The notes beneath the pieces were generated by a model. That model did not search any database, had not been told where the DNA came from, and worked only from the letters and a program-made list of their open reading frames with translations. A DNA stretch of 64,000 nucleotides. It comes from Eledone cirrhosa (Eukaryota). A program made the position numbers and the translations under genes. Of the stretch, positions 38,191-53,000 are shown piece by piece (position 1 is the first letter of the stretch; each line of letters opens with the position of its first letter). The DNA lies in NCBI GenBank assembly GCA_964016885.1, contig OZ024740.1, positions 136,400,001 to 136,464,000 of the forward strand, written 5' to 3'.

Positions 38191-40505
38191 ATGTATGTAT
38201 TTATGTATGTATGTATGTATGTATGTATGTATGTATGTATGTATGTATGTATGTATGTATGTATGTATGTATGTATGTATGTTAGGGTGGTGAATTGGCA
38301 GAATCGTTAGAACGTCGAATAAAAGTGTTTGTGATATTTGTCCCGGTGGTGGTCACCTTTGCCTTTCATCAATTCGAAGTCGATAAATAAAGTACCAGTC
38401 TAGTACTGGGTTGGATTCTTCACCTATATCTCTTTCTCATTTCCTCTCTCTCACTTTCTAACTTTCTCTGTACTCGGGTGTATTATTCCCTGGTTACGCG
38501 TTCCTTGGTACAGATACCATCATAGGATATATTTTCATCTATCTCTTAGGTATCTGTAGCAGTCCTCCTCGGATATCGGTGAAACAGTTAGGCCATTGAT
38601 AAATATGTTGCTAGATTAGCTTGTAGTTTTTCCCCGCTTTACAATGGTATATGAACATTTATCCTGTAACGCCTGGTGTAGTCGAAGGGGCACCGTTGCG
38701 ACATACTATGTGTTTGGGCATTGTAAATCTGGTGGAGCCCATCCCCTCTCCGGATCTAGCACAACCGATTTCCTCTAAAGAGAGAGAGAGGTAGGTATAA
38801 AGAGAAAGACATTTCAATATGAATAATCGACTCCAAAGGACGACAGTCAAAGTTGACATCGACGGGGTTTGAACTAAGAGAGCCGAAACAACACGAAATA
38901 CAAGAGGGTTACTGAGTATATTACCTCCTTTACAATTTGCAAGGCCTACAAGTGAAGAGATAGGTCCAGTCAGTACATCGCTCGGAGAATCAAGGCGGTG
39001 CCACCTAAATATCTAACACTAATCACATCGTAGCTCCTTTTAAATGGTGTAAAGAACACACCTCCCTCCAACAGGTCTACTTTTTTTGATACTGAAAGCA
39101 ACTTTGTACCGGCCATCTCGCACAAGTTTACGCATCTAATGGCAGTTTTTCTTTCTACGCTCAAGATCGTTTGTACGTTTATCTATTGGACATGATCTAT
39201 TGTTTATTTTTCTACTAAAGATGATCGATAGTATATTTTTTTTTTGACATGCTGGATTGAACGTTTTTTTCCACTGGTCATCATCGATTGTATCTTTTCC
39301 CACAGAAAATGATCGATTCTCCATTCTTTTGTTCGTCAACTTATGTACGAGCTTGTAATTCCTGGCGAAGCCCACAGCGTTCGTCTGTACACAACTGATT
39401 TCTTCCAGCGAAAGTGAGAGGGACAGTCTGAAAGATGGAAAAAAGTTTGGCATCGGCGACAATTGAACTAAAATTCGCTAAACGCCAAGACATTTCTGCT
39501 TTCTACCAACTATGCCAGTGTGGCGTCTAAATTTGTATATCGAATTCTACCTATATTTCTCAGCTTAATAAAATTATAGAAGTTGTCTATTTTTGTATTT
39601 AAATACCAACCTCGTGTGAGGTTTGTAAAAATTGCGTCTAGCACCTTATAGGTGGCCCTTCATTTCTGTTAGTTTTAGCTGGGGTTTTTTTTCTATTGCA
39701 CTTTATAAGACTTTTCCATGCTTTTGTCACATTCCTTAAATTTTACATTTAACATATATATAATGCTTTCATAAAGTAATGAAAAATCAGATTTAATTCG
39801 TATCCGAAATGTTTCAGTGTTGTCGTGCATTTGTATATATGTATGTATCTAACCCCTCGTGTATTGGTAGTGGTGTCATGACATACAGAATGTCGTGAGC
39901 ATTTCATACATGGCGGAGTCATGGGGTAGGAAATGTATTTTGTGTGTAAATGTTAAACAGTTACAAAGGGAGTTATGTATTAATATAAACAAACATAGAT
40001 TGGGAGGGTTCGAAATCCATATCTGATCGAGTAGGCTCTAAAGGTTTTCAGCCAATATACTAAAAATAACAGTAAAATCTCCCCCTAATTATTAGTAGTG
40101 GTACAGTAAATGTTTCCGGCCGCTTCTCGCTGCACAACCCTCCGTGGGGACCTCTAATTTCCTTGCTCCCTACACTTCTGATTTCCACGATAAATACAGA
40201 AGGACGGTGACCCACTTGAGGAAGGGGCACGTAGGGTGGGGTAGCTGCTACAGCCGATGTCTGTGGTCATTCTCCGTGGTAATGCCTTTGTAATTTTACC
40301 TACGGTGAGGCACCGCTCAGACTGGGGTGTAGTGTCTGCCCCTCCCTTTAGTTGCATTAAATGTTTTGATTTTGTATATCCACTACCATCAATATAACTA
40401 CAACTAAATCTCATAGTTAGCCAATAGCACTAACTGTAGCGCCTAATACCTAAGAATTATGCAGTCTGTGTTGCCTATATATAATCTAATCTTTGATTCA
40501 TTTTA

Positions 40506-40645
40506 CCACCTCCTTAGAGGCGTGAAAAAATTGCGAAGAGCACCTTACAGGTGCCCTCCGCGGGGTATTGGGAATAGTTTTCAACTAGCAATAACCACGC
40601 CTCGGATAAACCTCATTGGCCATGGTACCGCCTCTGCGCAAAGCT
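40506..40645 (-). ncRNA. U4: U4 spliceosomal snRNA
   Basis: Near-identical copy. Confidence 0.95.
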
Positions 40646-40916
40646 GTCGGTAACCCATCACACCTGTTTATTTAAGGTAATATGAAAAATATTCATTCAC
40701 TGATTCGTCTTCGCAGTTTATAGTTTATAATTAATTCCTATCATTCATTTCCATTAATCTTAAAATTCAGCTACTTCTACTTTGTTATGTTTAATAATTG
40801 TTTCTACTTTTGGCACAAGGCCAGCAAATAATCCAGTGTATTACTGGTACTTTATTTTATCGACCCCGTAAGGATGAAAGGCAAAGTTAACCTCGGAGGT
40901 ATTTTGAACAGAGTCC

Positions 40917-40974
40917 GTAAAGGGGAGTAACTGTGCTGCAAAGCATGATTTGCAGCACAGTTACACCCCTTTAC
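40917..40974. repeat. 26-bp-arm palindrome (also 45959-46016, 56731-56788, 62475-62532)
   Basis: GTAAAGGGGAGTAACTGTGCTGCAAA-gcatga-TTTGCAGCACAGTTACACCCCTTTAC, one mismatch. Confidence 0.95.
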
Positions 40975-41509
40975 ATACTGTGTTACGTCCGATGCATTTG
41001 TTATGTTTAATAATTGTTTCTACTTTAGGCACAAGGCCAGCAAATACACAGTGCATTACTGGTACTTTATTTTATCGACCACGTAAGTATGAAAGGCAAA
41101 GTCAACCTCGGCGGGAAATAATAATCTCATAACAGAAATATACAGGCCCACATATTTTGTAAACAGAATAATAAATTAATTCGGTGTATCGTCTTTCTCA
41201 AGAATATTATTGACGTCACTACATAACTAATTTAATCCTTCGATGATAGGTTGTTTTTGTTGTCCCTTATGGCCCTTTATTTCTGTTAGTTTTAGCTGGT
41301 TTCCTTTTCCTATTGCATTTTATAAGACTTTTCCATTGTTTTTTAATGATTTTTGTGACAACCTGCCTTAAATTTTAAAGTTAATTCATATATATTTTAA
41401 TACTATTTTCATAAAATAATGAAAAATCAGTCTTAAAAGATTTGCCATGTATTTGGAGTTAGGAGACCATACATACATAAATGTATGTATGTATGTATGT
41501 ATGTATTAT

Positions 41510-43245
41510 ATCAGGTCACCAGTTGGTGCTACTGGTAACATGTATCCCAGTACAACCTGTCTCATAGTCGGGTCGTTGGCGACTAAACTGGCAACCCCAC
41601 CAAGGTTTCTTGGTGAGGAGGGTGACTTTGGACATCCTGCAGGACTAAAAACAAAACCTGTCAAAGGGCAAAGGAGCTCTTAAGAGTCAATGGCCATCCA
41701 AAATCACCGGGAGAGATGACCCCTTAGCCTTTGTCAAGGCAGAATTCTAGGAGAAGGAAAACTCTGATATAACACCTGCAGCCCTCATGGTATCCAATGA
41801 TGTTGACTTGTTCTTTTTGGTAAATATCATCTTGGTTAAGAGAGTGGGACTGGCTTTGTGCAGTGCCTTTGCTCACTATAAAAGCTTCATGGCACAGGCA
41901 TTGCTTTATATCTGGAGATCTCTCTGAACTTGTCGTCACATGGTACCATGGGCCTAGCACTGTGTCAATAATTGTCACAAGTGTAGTGTTAGTACCAGAG
42001 TTTTCAAGTCGCTGGCTGGACTAAAAAGTCACACTCGTTCAGCGCATCGGTAGGAGTTCTCCTACATGGATATAAAGTAGTGGCCGTACTCGAAAACGAG
42101 TTGGCAGCCACCACCATGTGTGTATATATGTATGCATGTGTATATGTGTGTATATATGTATGTGTGTATATGTATATGTTAGGTCATCAGTTGGTGCTAT
42201 ATTGCCCGTACATGTATTCAAAGTATGTATACATTTTTTTGGTGACACCTGCATTCATTTTTACAATAAATCCTGTATGATAAGAGCTTATAAATTATTC
42301 AACTTAATTCTGTGTATGTTTAAGAAATGAACCCCATGACCCTTACAATATACAACAATACAGGTACATTTACTGTTTTTCATGCTTTAATGAAGGACGG
42401 TGAATTGGCAGTATTGGTTGTACCTGTATGTATGTTTGTATCTATGTTTGTATGTTTGTGTGTGTGTATGTATGTATGTATGTATGTATGTATGTATGTA
42501 TGTATGTATGTATGTATGTATGTATGTATGTATGTATGTATGTATGTGTTTGTATGTGTGTTTATATATATATATATGTGCATGTGTGAGGTATGTATGT
42601 ATGTATGTATGTATGTATGTATGTATGTATGTATGTATGTGTCAGGTCACCAGTTGGTGCTACTGGTAACATGTATCCCAGTACAACCTGTCTCATGGTC
42701 GGGTCGTTGGCGACTAAACTGACAACCCCACCAAGGTTTCTTGGTGAGGACGGTGACATTGGACATCCTGCAGGACTAAAAACAAAACCTGTCAAAGGGC
42801 AAAGGACCTCTTAAGAGTCAATGGCCATCCAAAATCACCGGGAGAGATGACCCCTTAGCCTTTGTCAAGGCAGAATTCTAGGAGAAGGAAAACTCTGATA
42901 CAACACCTGAAACCCTGATGGTATCCAATGATGTTGACTTGTTCTTCTTTTTGGTAAATATCATCTTGGTTAAGAGAGTGGGACTGGCTTTGTGCAATGC
43001 CTTTGCTCACTATAAAAGCTTCACGGCACAGACATTGCTTTATAACTGGAGATCTCTCTGCACTTGTCACATGGTACCATGGGCCCAGCACTATGTGTCA
43101 ATAATTGTCACAAGTGTAGTGTTTGTACCAAAGTTTTCAAGTCGCTGGCTGGACTAAAAATTCACACTTGTTCAACGCATCAGTAGGGGTTCTCCTACTT
43201 GGATATAAAGTAGTGGCCGTATTCGAAAACGAGTTGGCAGCCACC
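41510..43245 (+). mobile_element. Two RTE-derived non-autonomous elements (41510-42115 and 42641-43245)
   Basis: Two full copies separated by a microsatellite-rich spacer. Confidence 0.88.
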
Positions 43246-45547
43246 ATGTATGTATGTATGTATGTATGTATGTATGTATGTATGTATGTATGTATGTATG
43301 TATGTATGTATGTATGTATGTATGTTAGGGTGGTGAATTGGCAGAATCGTTAGAACGTTGAATAAAAGTGTTTGTGATATTTGTCCCGGTCGTGGTCACC
43401 TTTGCCTTTCTTCAATTCGAAGTCGATAAATAAAGTACCAGTCTAGTACTGGGTTGGATTCTTCACCTATATCTCTTTCTCATTTCCTCTCTCTCACTTT
43501 CTAACTTTCTCTGTACCCGGGTGTATTATTCCCTGGTTACGCGTTCCTTGGTACAGATACCATCATAGGATATATTTTCATCTATCCCTTAGGTATCTGT
43601 AGCAGTCCTCCTCGGATATCGGTGAAACAGTTAGGCCATTGATAAAAATGTTGCTAGATTAGCTTGTAGTTTTTCCCCGCTTTACAATGGTATATGAACA
43701 TTTATCCTGTAAAGCCTGGTGTAGTCGAAGGGGCACCGTTGCCACATACGATGTGTTTGGACATTATAAATCTGGTGGAGCCCATCCCCTCTCCGGATCT
43801 AACACAACCGATTTCCTCTAAAGAGAGAAAGAGGTGGGTATAAAGAGAAAGACATTTCAATATAAATAATCGACTCCAAAGGACGACAGTCAAAGTTGAC
43901 ATCGACGGGGTTTGAACTAAGAGAGCCGAAACAACACGAAATACAAGAGGGTTACTGAGTATATTACCTCCTTTACAATTTGCAAGGCCTACAAGTGAAG
44001 AGATAGGTCCAGTCAGTACATCGCTCGGAGAATCAAGGCGGTGCCACCTAAATATCTAACACTAATCACATCGTAGCTCCTTTTAAATGGTGTAAAGAAC
44101 ACACCTCCCTCCAACAGGTCTATTTTTTTTGATACTGAAAGCAACTTTGTACCGGCCATCTCGCACAAGTTTACGCATCTAATGGCAGTTTTTCTTTCTA
44201 CGCTCAAGATCGTTTGTACGTTTATCTATTGGACATGATCTATTGTTTATTTTTCTACTAAAGATGATCGATAGTATATTTTTCTTTTGACATGCTGGAT
44301 TGAACGTTTTTTCCACTGGTCATCATCGATTGTATCTTTTCCCACAGAAAATGATCGATTCTCCATTCTTTTGTTCGCCAACTTATGTACGAGCTTGTAA
44401 TTCCTGGCGAAGCCCACAGCGTTCGTCTGTACACAACTGATTTCTTCCAGCGAAAGTGAGAGGGACAGTCTGAAAGATGGAAAAAAGTTTGGCATCGGCG
44501 ACAATTGAACTAAAATTCGCTAAACGCCAAGACATTTCTGCTTTCTACCAACTATGCCAGTGTGGCGTCTAAATTTGTATATCGAATTCTACCTATATTT
44601 CTCAGATTAATAAAATTATAGAAGTTGTCTATTTTTGTATTTAAATACCAACCTCGTGTGAGGTTTGTAAAAATTGCGTCTAGCACCTTATAGGTGGCCC
44701 TTCATTTCTGTTAGTTTTAGGTGGGGGTTTTTTTCTATTGCACTTTATAAGACTTTTCCATGCTTTTGTCACATTCCTTAAATTTTACATTTAACATATA
44801 TATAATGCTTTCATAAAGTAATGAAAAATCAGATTTAATTCGTATCCGAAATGTTTCAGTGTTGTCGTGCATTTGTATATATGTATGTATCTAACCCCTC
44901 GTGTATTGGTAGTGGTGTCATGACATACAGAATGTCGTGAGCATTTCATACATGGCGGAGTCATGGGGTAGGAAATGTATTTTGTGTGTAAATGTTAAAC
45001 AGTTACAAAGGGAGTTATGTATTAATATAAACAAACATAGATTGGGAGGGTTCGAAATCCATATATGATCGAGCAGGCTCTAAAGGTTTTCAGCCAATAT
45101 ACTAAAAATAACAGTAAAATCTCCCCCTAATTATTAGTAGTGGTACAGTAAATGTTTCCGGCCGCTTCTCGCTGCACAACCCTCCGTGGGGACCTCTAGT
45201 ATCCTTGCTCCCTACACTTCTGATTTCCACGATAAATTCAGAAGGACGGTGACCCACTTGAGGAAGGGGCCCGTAGGGTGGGGTAGCTGCTACAGCCGAT
45301 GTCTCTAGTCATTCTCCGTGGTAATGCCTTTGTAATTTTACCTACGGTGAGGCACCGCTCAGACTGGGGTGTAGTGTCTGCCTCTCCCTTTAGTTGCATT
45401 AAATGTTTTGATTCTGTATATCCACTACCATCAATATAACTACAACTAAATCTCATAGTTAGACAATAGCACTAACTGTAACGCCTAATACCTCAGAATT
45501 AAGCAGTCTGTGTTGCCTATGTACAATCTAATCTTTGCTTCATTTTA

Positions 45548-45687
45548 CTACCTCCTTAGAGGCGTGAAAAAATTGCGAAGAGCACCTTACAGGTGCCCTC
45601 CGCGGGGTATTGGGAATAGTTTTCAACTAGCAATAACCACGCCTCGGATAAACCTCATTGGCCATGGTGCCGCCTCTGCGCAAAGCT
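45548..45687 (-). ncRNA. U4: U4 spliceosomal snRNA (variant)
   Basis: Near-identical copy with GGCACCATGG in place of GGTACCATGG and a change in the terminal hairpin. Confidence 0.92.
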
Positions 45688-46551
45688 GTCGGTAACCCAT
45701 CACACCTGTTTATTTAAGGTAATATGAAAAATATTCATTCACTGATTCGTCTTCGCAGTTTATAGTTTATAATTAATTCCTATCATTCATTTCCATTAAT
45801 CTTAAAATTCAGCTACTTCTACTTTGTTATGTTTAATAATTGTTTCTACTGTTGGCACAAGGCCAGCAAATATTCCAGTGTATTACTGGTACTTTATTTT
45901 ATCGACCCCGTAAGGATGAAAGGCAAAGTTAACCTCGGAGGTATTTTGAACAGAGTCCGTAAAGGGGAGTAACTGTGCTGCAAAGCATGATTTGCAGCAC
46001 AGTTACACCCCTTTACATACTGTGTTACGTCCGACGCATTTGTTATGTTTAATAATTGTTTCTACTTTAGGCACAAGGCCAGCAAATACACAGTGCATTA
46101 CTGGTACTTTATTTTATCGACCACGTAAGTATGAAAGGCAAAGTCAACCTCGGCGGGAAATAATAATCTCATAACAGAAATATACAGGCCCACATATTTT
46201 GTAAACAGAATAATAAATTAATTCGGTGTATCGTCTTTCTCAAGAATATTATTGACGTCACTACATAACTAATTTAATCCTTCGATGATAGGTTGTTTTT
46301 GTTGTCCCTTATGGCCCTTTATTTCTGTTAGTTTTAGCTGGTTTCCTTTTCCTATTGCATTTTATAAGACTTTTCCATTGTTTTTTAATGATTTTTGTGA
46401 CAACCTGCCTTAAATTTTAAAGTTAATTCATATATATTTTAATACTATTTTCATAAAATAATGAAAAATCAGTCTTAAAAGATTTGCCATGTATTTGGAG
46501 TTAGGGGACCATACATACATAAATGTATGTATGTATGTATGTATGTATTAT

Positions 46552-48361
46552 GTCAGGTCACCAGTTGGTGCTACTGGTAACATGTATCCCAGTACAACCT
46601 GTCTCATAGTCGGGTCGTTGGCGACTAAACTGGCAACCCCACCAAGGTTTCTTGGTGAGGAGGGTGACTTTGGACATCCTGCAGGACTAAAAACAAAACC
46701 TGTCAAAGGGCAAAGGAGCTCTTAAGAGTCAATAGCCATCCAAAATCACCGGGAGAGATGACCCCTTAGCCTTTGTCAAGGCAGAATTCTAGGAGAAGGA
46801 AAACTCTGATATAACACCTGCAGCCCTCATGGTATCCAATGATGTTGACTTGTTCTTTTTGGTAAATATCATCTTGGTTAAGAGAGTGGGACTGGCTTTG
46901 TGCAGTGCCTTTGCTCACTATAAAAGCTTCATGGCACAGGCATTGCTTTATATCTGGAGATCTCTCTGAACTTGTCGTCACATGGTACCATGGGCCTAGC
47001 ACTGTGTCAATAATTGTCACAAGTGTAGTGTTAGTACCAGAGTTTTCAAGTCGCTGGCTGGACTAAAAAGTCACACTCGTTCAGCGTATCGGTAGGAGTT
47101 CTCCTACATGGATATAAAGTAGTGGCCGTACTCGAAAACGAGTTGGCAGCCACCACCATGTGTGTATATATGTATGCATGTGTATATGTGTGTATATATG
47201 TATGTGTGTATATGTATATGTTAGGTCATCAGTTGGTGCTATATTGCCCGTACATGTATTCAAAGTATGTATACATTTTTTTGGTGACACCTGCATTCAT
47301 TTTTACAATAAATCCTGTATGATAAGAGCTTATAAATTATTCAACTTAATTCTGTGTATGTTTAAGAAATAAACCCCATGACCCTTACAATATACAACAA
47401 TACAGGTACATTTACTGTTTTTCATGCTTTAATGAAGGACGGTGAATTGGCAGTATTGGTTGTACCTGTATGTATGTTTGTATGTATGTTTGTATGTTTG
47501 TGTGTGTGTATGTATGTATGTATGTATGTATGTATGTATGTATGTATGTATGTATGTATGTATGTATGTGTTTGTATGTGTGTTTATATATATATATATA
47601 TGTGCATGTGTGAGGTATGTATGTATGTATGTATGTATGTATGTATGTATGTATGTATGTATGTATGTATGTATGTATGCATGTATGTATGTATGTATGT
47701 ATGTATGTATGTATTTATGTATGTATGTATGTATGTATGTATGTATGTATGTATGTGTCAGGTCACCAGTTGGTGCTACTGGTAACATGTATCCCAGTAC
47801 AACCTGTCTCATGGTCGGGTCGTTGGCGACTAAACTGACAACCCCACCAAGGTTTCTTGGTGAGGACGGTGAATTTGGACATCCTGCAGGACTAAAAACA
47901 AAACCTGTCGAAGGGCAAAGGACCTCTTAAGAGTCAATGGCCATCCAAAATCACCGGGAGAGATGACCCCTTAGCCTTTGTCAAGGCAGAATTCTAGGAG
48001 AAGGAAAACTCTGATACAACACCTGCAACCCTGATGGTATCCAATGATGTTGACTTGTTCTTCTTTTTGGTAAATATCATCTTGGTTAAGAGAGTGGGAC
48101 TGGCTTTGTGCAATGCCTTTGCTCACTATAAAAGCTTCACGGCACAGACATTGCTTTATAACTGGAGATCTCTCTGCACTTGTCACATGGTACCATGGGC
48201 CCAGCACTATGTGTCAATAATTGTCACAAGTGTAGTGTTTGTACCAGAGTTTTCAAGTCGCTGGCTGGACTAAAAATTCACACTTGTTCAACGCATCAGT
48301 AGGGGTTCTCCTACATGGATATAAAGTAGTGGCCGTATTCGAAAACGAGTTGGCAGCCACC
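46552..48361 (+). mobile_element. Two RTE-derived non-autonomous elements (46552-47157 and 47757-48361)
   Basis: Same arrangement as unit 8. The second tail hosts the RTE LINE. Confidence 0.88.
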
Positions 48362-49163
48362 ATGTATGTATGTATGTATGTATGTATGTATGTATGTATG
48401 TATGTATGTATGTATGTATGTATGTATGCATGTAGGGAGCTTATAGATAGGACAACACACGCTGTCTCTTCGTGGGGTAAGTTTTTAATTAATTTTTGTA
48501 TTCTGAAACATCAAAATACAACAATTTGTTGGTTACTGGACTCGGGAATGTCACGACAGAAGTTTGTGGAAGTTACACAAATATTTTAGTATATTTTAGC
48601 AGAGCAATCCTTATTTATATTTTACATTTACTTACATCTCAATATAACATGGCTAGAATTCAAATTTTGCTAAGAGAAGAAAACGGTCAAATGAACTAGA
48701 TACATCTCACTGTCCACACCACCACAATAACGTCTACACTCTCTCCCCACCATCACATGTCATTACCATACCATACCCTATCGAGACTAAAGTCATCGAC
48801 CTGTTGTCAAACCCTCTACTCTCTGATGAATGTATATATATATATGTGTGTGTATGTATATGTGTGTATATACATCACTCATATGTGTGTGTATGTATAT
48901 GTGTGTATATACATCACTCAGTCAAACAACCAGATTTCAACCCCAACATCTACAACAACAACAACACCGGCACTAATGTTTACAGCAACAACAGCTTCAG
49001 AATGAACTGAAATGAACATTTACAACAATTACAACAACAACAACAACAGCGGCATCAAAACATAAAAAAAGGAAGGGAAAAGAAAAAAGAAAAGGGAAGG
49101 GGAAAAAAAAAAAAAAAAAAAAAAGGGAGAAAAAAAGAAAGGAAAAGAAAAACTCAAAATAAC

Positions 49164-49204
<41 letters not shown>

Positions 49205-49628
49205 CAGAACAACAACATCAACTGCCACCACCGCCACCGCCGTCGCCATCACCATCACCAGCGACCTTAAGAACAACTTTAATAATAATTTTTCTGCTTT
49301 TGGCACGGATCCAGCGACTGGCCAGCGCATCACTGGTACTCTCTTTTGTTGACTCCGTGGAGAGCCATAACTCTATGCTGTAAAGCAATTATAGTAATAC
49401 TGGACTGTAATACGATCGGCTTCAACTATACAAACTCTTGAAAGTCAACAGTTGACATAATCTGGTAATCTTGTATCAGTAATGACGGTAATATATATAT
49501 ATATATGTGTGTGTGCGTGTAAGTGAGTAGAGTAGCGTGTGTGTGTGTTTGTTGTGTGTGTGAGTGTTGCTGTGTGCACGCATATGTATGCGTGTGTGTG
49601 TATGTCGTACGTATAAGTGTCAATAAGT

Positions 49629-49662
<34 letters not shown>

Positions 49663-49963
49663 GCGGGGACATAGAAATAATCGGGCTGGATGCCCGATCG
49701 CGCAGTTAAACCACTGGGAGTGAAGAACCCCTAGCCCATGTCAGGGTATTCTTCTAGGAGAAGGCATCTCAGGAAACTGGGTTAACTCCGATATAAAACC
49801 TGCGGCTCAGTAGTTACCGATGATGTTGATCTTTTCTTCTTTTCGGGTTATAGCTACTGTCGCTCAGAGAGTGGGATTGGTTCAGTGCACAGTCTTTCCT
49901 CACTTTAAAAATATTCGTCACGCACAGGCATTGCACGAGTGCATTAATAATTATTAATAGTGT

Positions 49964-49998
<35 letters not shown>

Positions 49999-50003
49999 TA
50001 TTA

Positions 50004-50036
<33 letters not shown>

Positions 50037-50044
50037 CCAATTCA

Positions 50045-53000
50045 ATGATGTTCCAGAACAATGTAAACGAGATAATTGCCAATTTGGGTTCTGGAACAAA
50101 AGAGATCATTGGCAATAAGGGCAGGGGCCCCAAGTTATCACAACCTGGGCCCGCCCGTCATCGTGCCATTGTAATAGAGCCAAACAGGGCATTTAGTCTT
50201 GGCTGCTGGAACGTACGGACGCTGCTTGACGGGGATTCTTTGGAGCGTCCTGAACGAAGGACCGCTCTTGTTGCGAAGGAGCTTCGACGTTACGATCTTG
50301 ACATCGTGGCTTTGTCTGAGACGAGGTTAGCTGGAGATGGTCATCTTGCGGAATTTTGTGGAGAATATACATTCTTCTGGAAAGGAAGAGATGAAGGAAC
50401 CAGAAGAGAGGCTGGGGTGGGATTTGCTGTTAAGACTGTACTGGTGAATAAATTAGAAGAATTCCCAGTGGGGATTAGTGAGCGTCTTATGTCCATGAGA
50501 GTTCCGCTGGACAAGGGAAGATATGCTACCCTGGTGAGTGTGTATGCTCCAACTATGAATTCTGTCGATGAAGAAAAACTGTCCTTTTACCATGCCTTGA
50601 AAGGTGTTTTAAGAAATATCCCTCAGGCAGACAAAGTCATCGTGCTTGGTGACTTTAATGCTAGAGTGGGTAGGGATTTTAACACATGGAATGTAATCGG
50701 AAGGCATGGGGTGGGAAAGTGTAACAGCAATGGTATGCTCTTGCTGCAGATGTGTGAGGAGCTAGATCTGTGTGTTACCAACACCATGTTCCAACAAAAG
50801 AACAAATTCAAGACCACATGGATGCATCCTGCATCTAAGGAATGGCATCTTTTGGACTACGTCCTAGTCAGGATGCGTGACAGACAGGATGTGCAGTGTG
50901 TTCGTGTTCTTCGTGGAGCTGAGTGCTGGACGGACCACCGCCTGGTGCGCGCAAAAGTGAATCTAATCACCAAACGTAAAATCCGGGCTCCTGGTGTTAC
51001 CCTGCCCAAAAGATTGAATGCTGCTCGTCTTAAGGATAAAAATGTGAAGAGGACATTGGAAGAAGAGATGCAGGCTGCAGATCTTGGTGAGGATTGGCCG
51101 ACCCTTAAAAAGTCGGTTTATGATGTAGGCAGGCGTGTTCTGGGATTGGTGCAGAGAAAACATCAGGACTGGTTTAATGAGAATGATGTACATATAGAAG
51201 ACTTGTTGGCTGATAAGAGGCGTGCTCTGTCACGCTACTTGACGGCAAAACCACAGGAGAGGAATACGTTGCATGAGGAGCTCAGGGATGTAAAATCACG
51301 TGTTAGGCGGAGTCTTTCTCAGATGAAGGATCAGTGGTGGAGTGAGAAGGCTGGTGAGATACAAACTGCGTCTGATTGCAATAACACAAAGCTGTTGTAC
51401 AGTCTCTTGCGTGAGGTTTATGGACCGTCTTCTTCTCTGGTGACACCGATTCGCAGCAGGGATGGCAAAGAACTTCTTCGTGACTCACAGGGAATTCTAC
51501 GAAGGTGGCGAGAGCACTTTGATGATCTTTTGAATCAGCCGTCTGTCGTCAGTGAAGATTTCCTCAATCTCATTCCGGAAAGTCCTGTGAAAGTAGCTCT
51601 CGCAGAACCTCCGACACTTGTGGAGGTTGCAGTGGCTATTTCGAAGCTGAACAGTGGAAGATCTCCAGGTATGGATGGCATACATGCTGAGCTCCTACAA
51701 TATGGTGGTGAGAGACTCCTGCAACATCTTCACTCTCTGTTTGGAAGGATATGGGCTAATGAATCCGTGCCTGAGGACTGGAGAGATGCAGTAATGGTGG
51801 TCTTGTACAAGGGAAAGGGTAACAGGAATGATTGTGGGAACTACAGAGGTATATCATTGCTTTCTGTCGTGGGGAAAGTTTTATGTAGGGTGCTTCTGGA
51901 CCGTCTGCTGACACACATTGCAGATTGTGTCCTTCCTGAAAGTCAATCTGGTTTTCGTGTTGGACGCGGCACTACTGATATGATCTTCTCAGCTAGACAG
52001 CTCCAGGAGAAGTGCATTGAACAGGGCTTGGATCTGTATCAGGTTTTTGTCGATCTGACAAAGGCTTTCGATACTGTCAACAGAGATGCATTATGGAAGA
52101 TTCTCCAGAAACTTGGTTGCCCTGATAAGTTCCTTGCTTTAGTTAGGTCTTTCCATGACGACATGAGGGCTTGGGTTAATGTCGGAGGTAACATGTCGGA
52201 GCCTATCTCAGTAAAAAATGGAGTGAAACAGGGGGATATTCCAGCACCGACCCTGTTTGCCATATACTTTGCAATGGTTTTCTGTGTTGCATTCAGGAAT
52301 TGCGAGCATGGTGTTTACATCCGATATCGAACCTCAGGCAGCATATTTAACATCAGGCGCTTTGCTGCGAAGACAAAGGTATTTACATCGGTCATAAGAG
52401 ACCTCTTGTATGCAGATGATTGCGATCTTGTAGCGCACACAGAGAGTGATATGCAGCACATTTTGAATGTATTTTCTGACGCTTGCACTGCCCTGGGTTT
52501 GACTGTCAGTCTCAAGAAAACCGTCGTCATGTACCAACCTGCACCTGGTAGGCAGTACACTGAACCAAACATCTATGTGTATGGCAAACGACTTGGAGTG
52601 GTTGATCAGTTTGTCTACCTGGGAAGCACTGTCAATCGATACGGCAACCTTGACAGTGAAATCTCACTTAGGATTAGGAAAGCAAGTGATGCTTTCGGAA
52701 AGCTAGAAAGGCGACTCTGGGGTCGGCGAGACATATGCAGGAGGACAAAGGTAAGGGTGTACAGGGCATGTGTACTCTCTTGTCTTCTTTATGCCTGCGA
52801 GACCTGGGTCACATATCGACGCCACCTTAGGCAATTGGAGCGTTTCCATCAGATGTGTCTCAGACGGATACATGGCGTTCGCTGGAGGGACCACATCAGT
52901 GATGTCGAGATTTTGGAAAGCTCTATGTGTGACAGTATAGAAGCTCTTGTGCTTAAGCAGCGACTCCGTTGGAGTGGTCACCTTGCCAGGATGAAGGATT

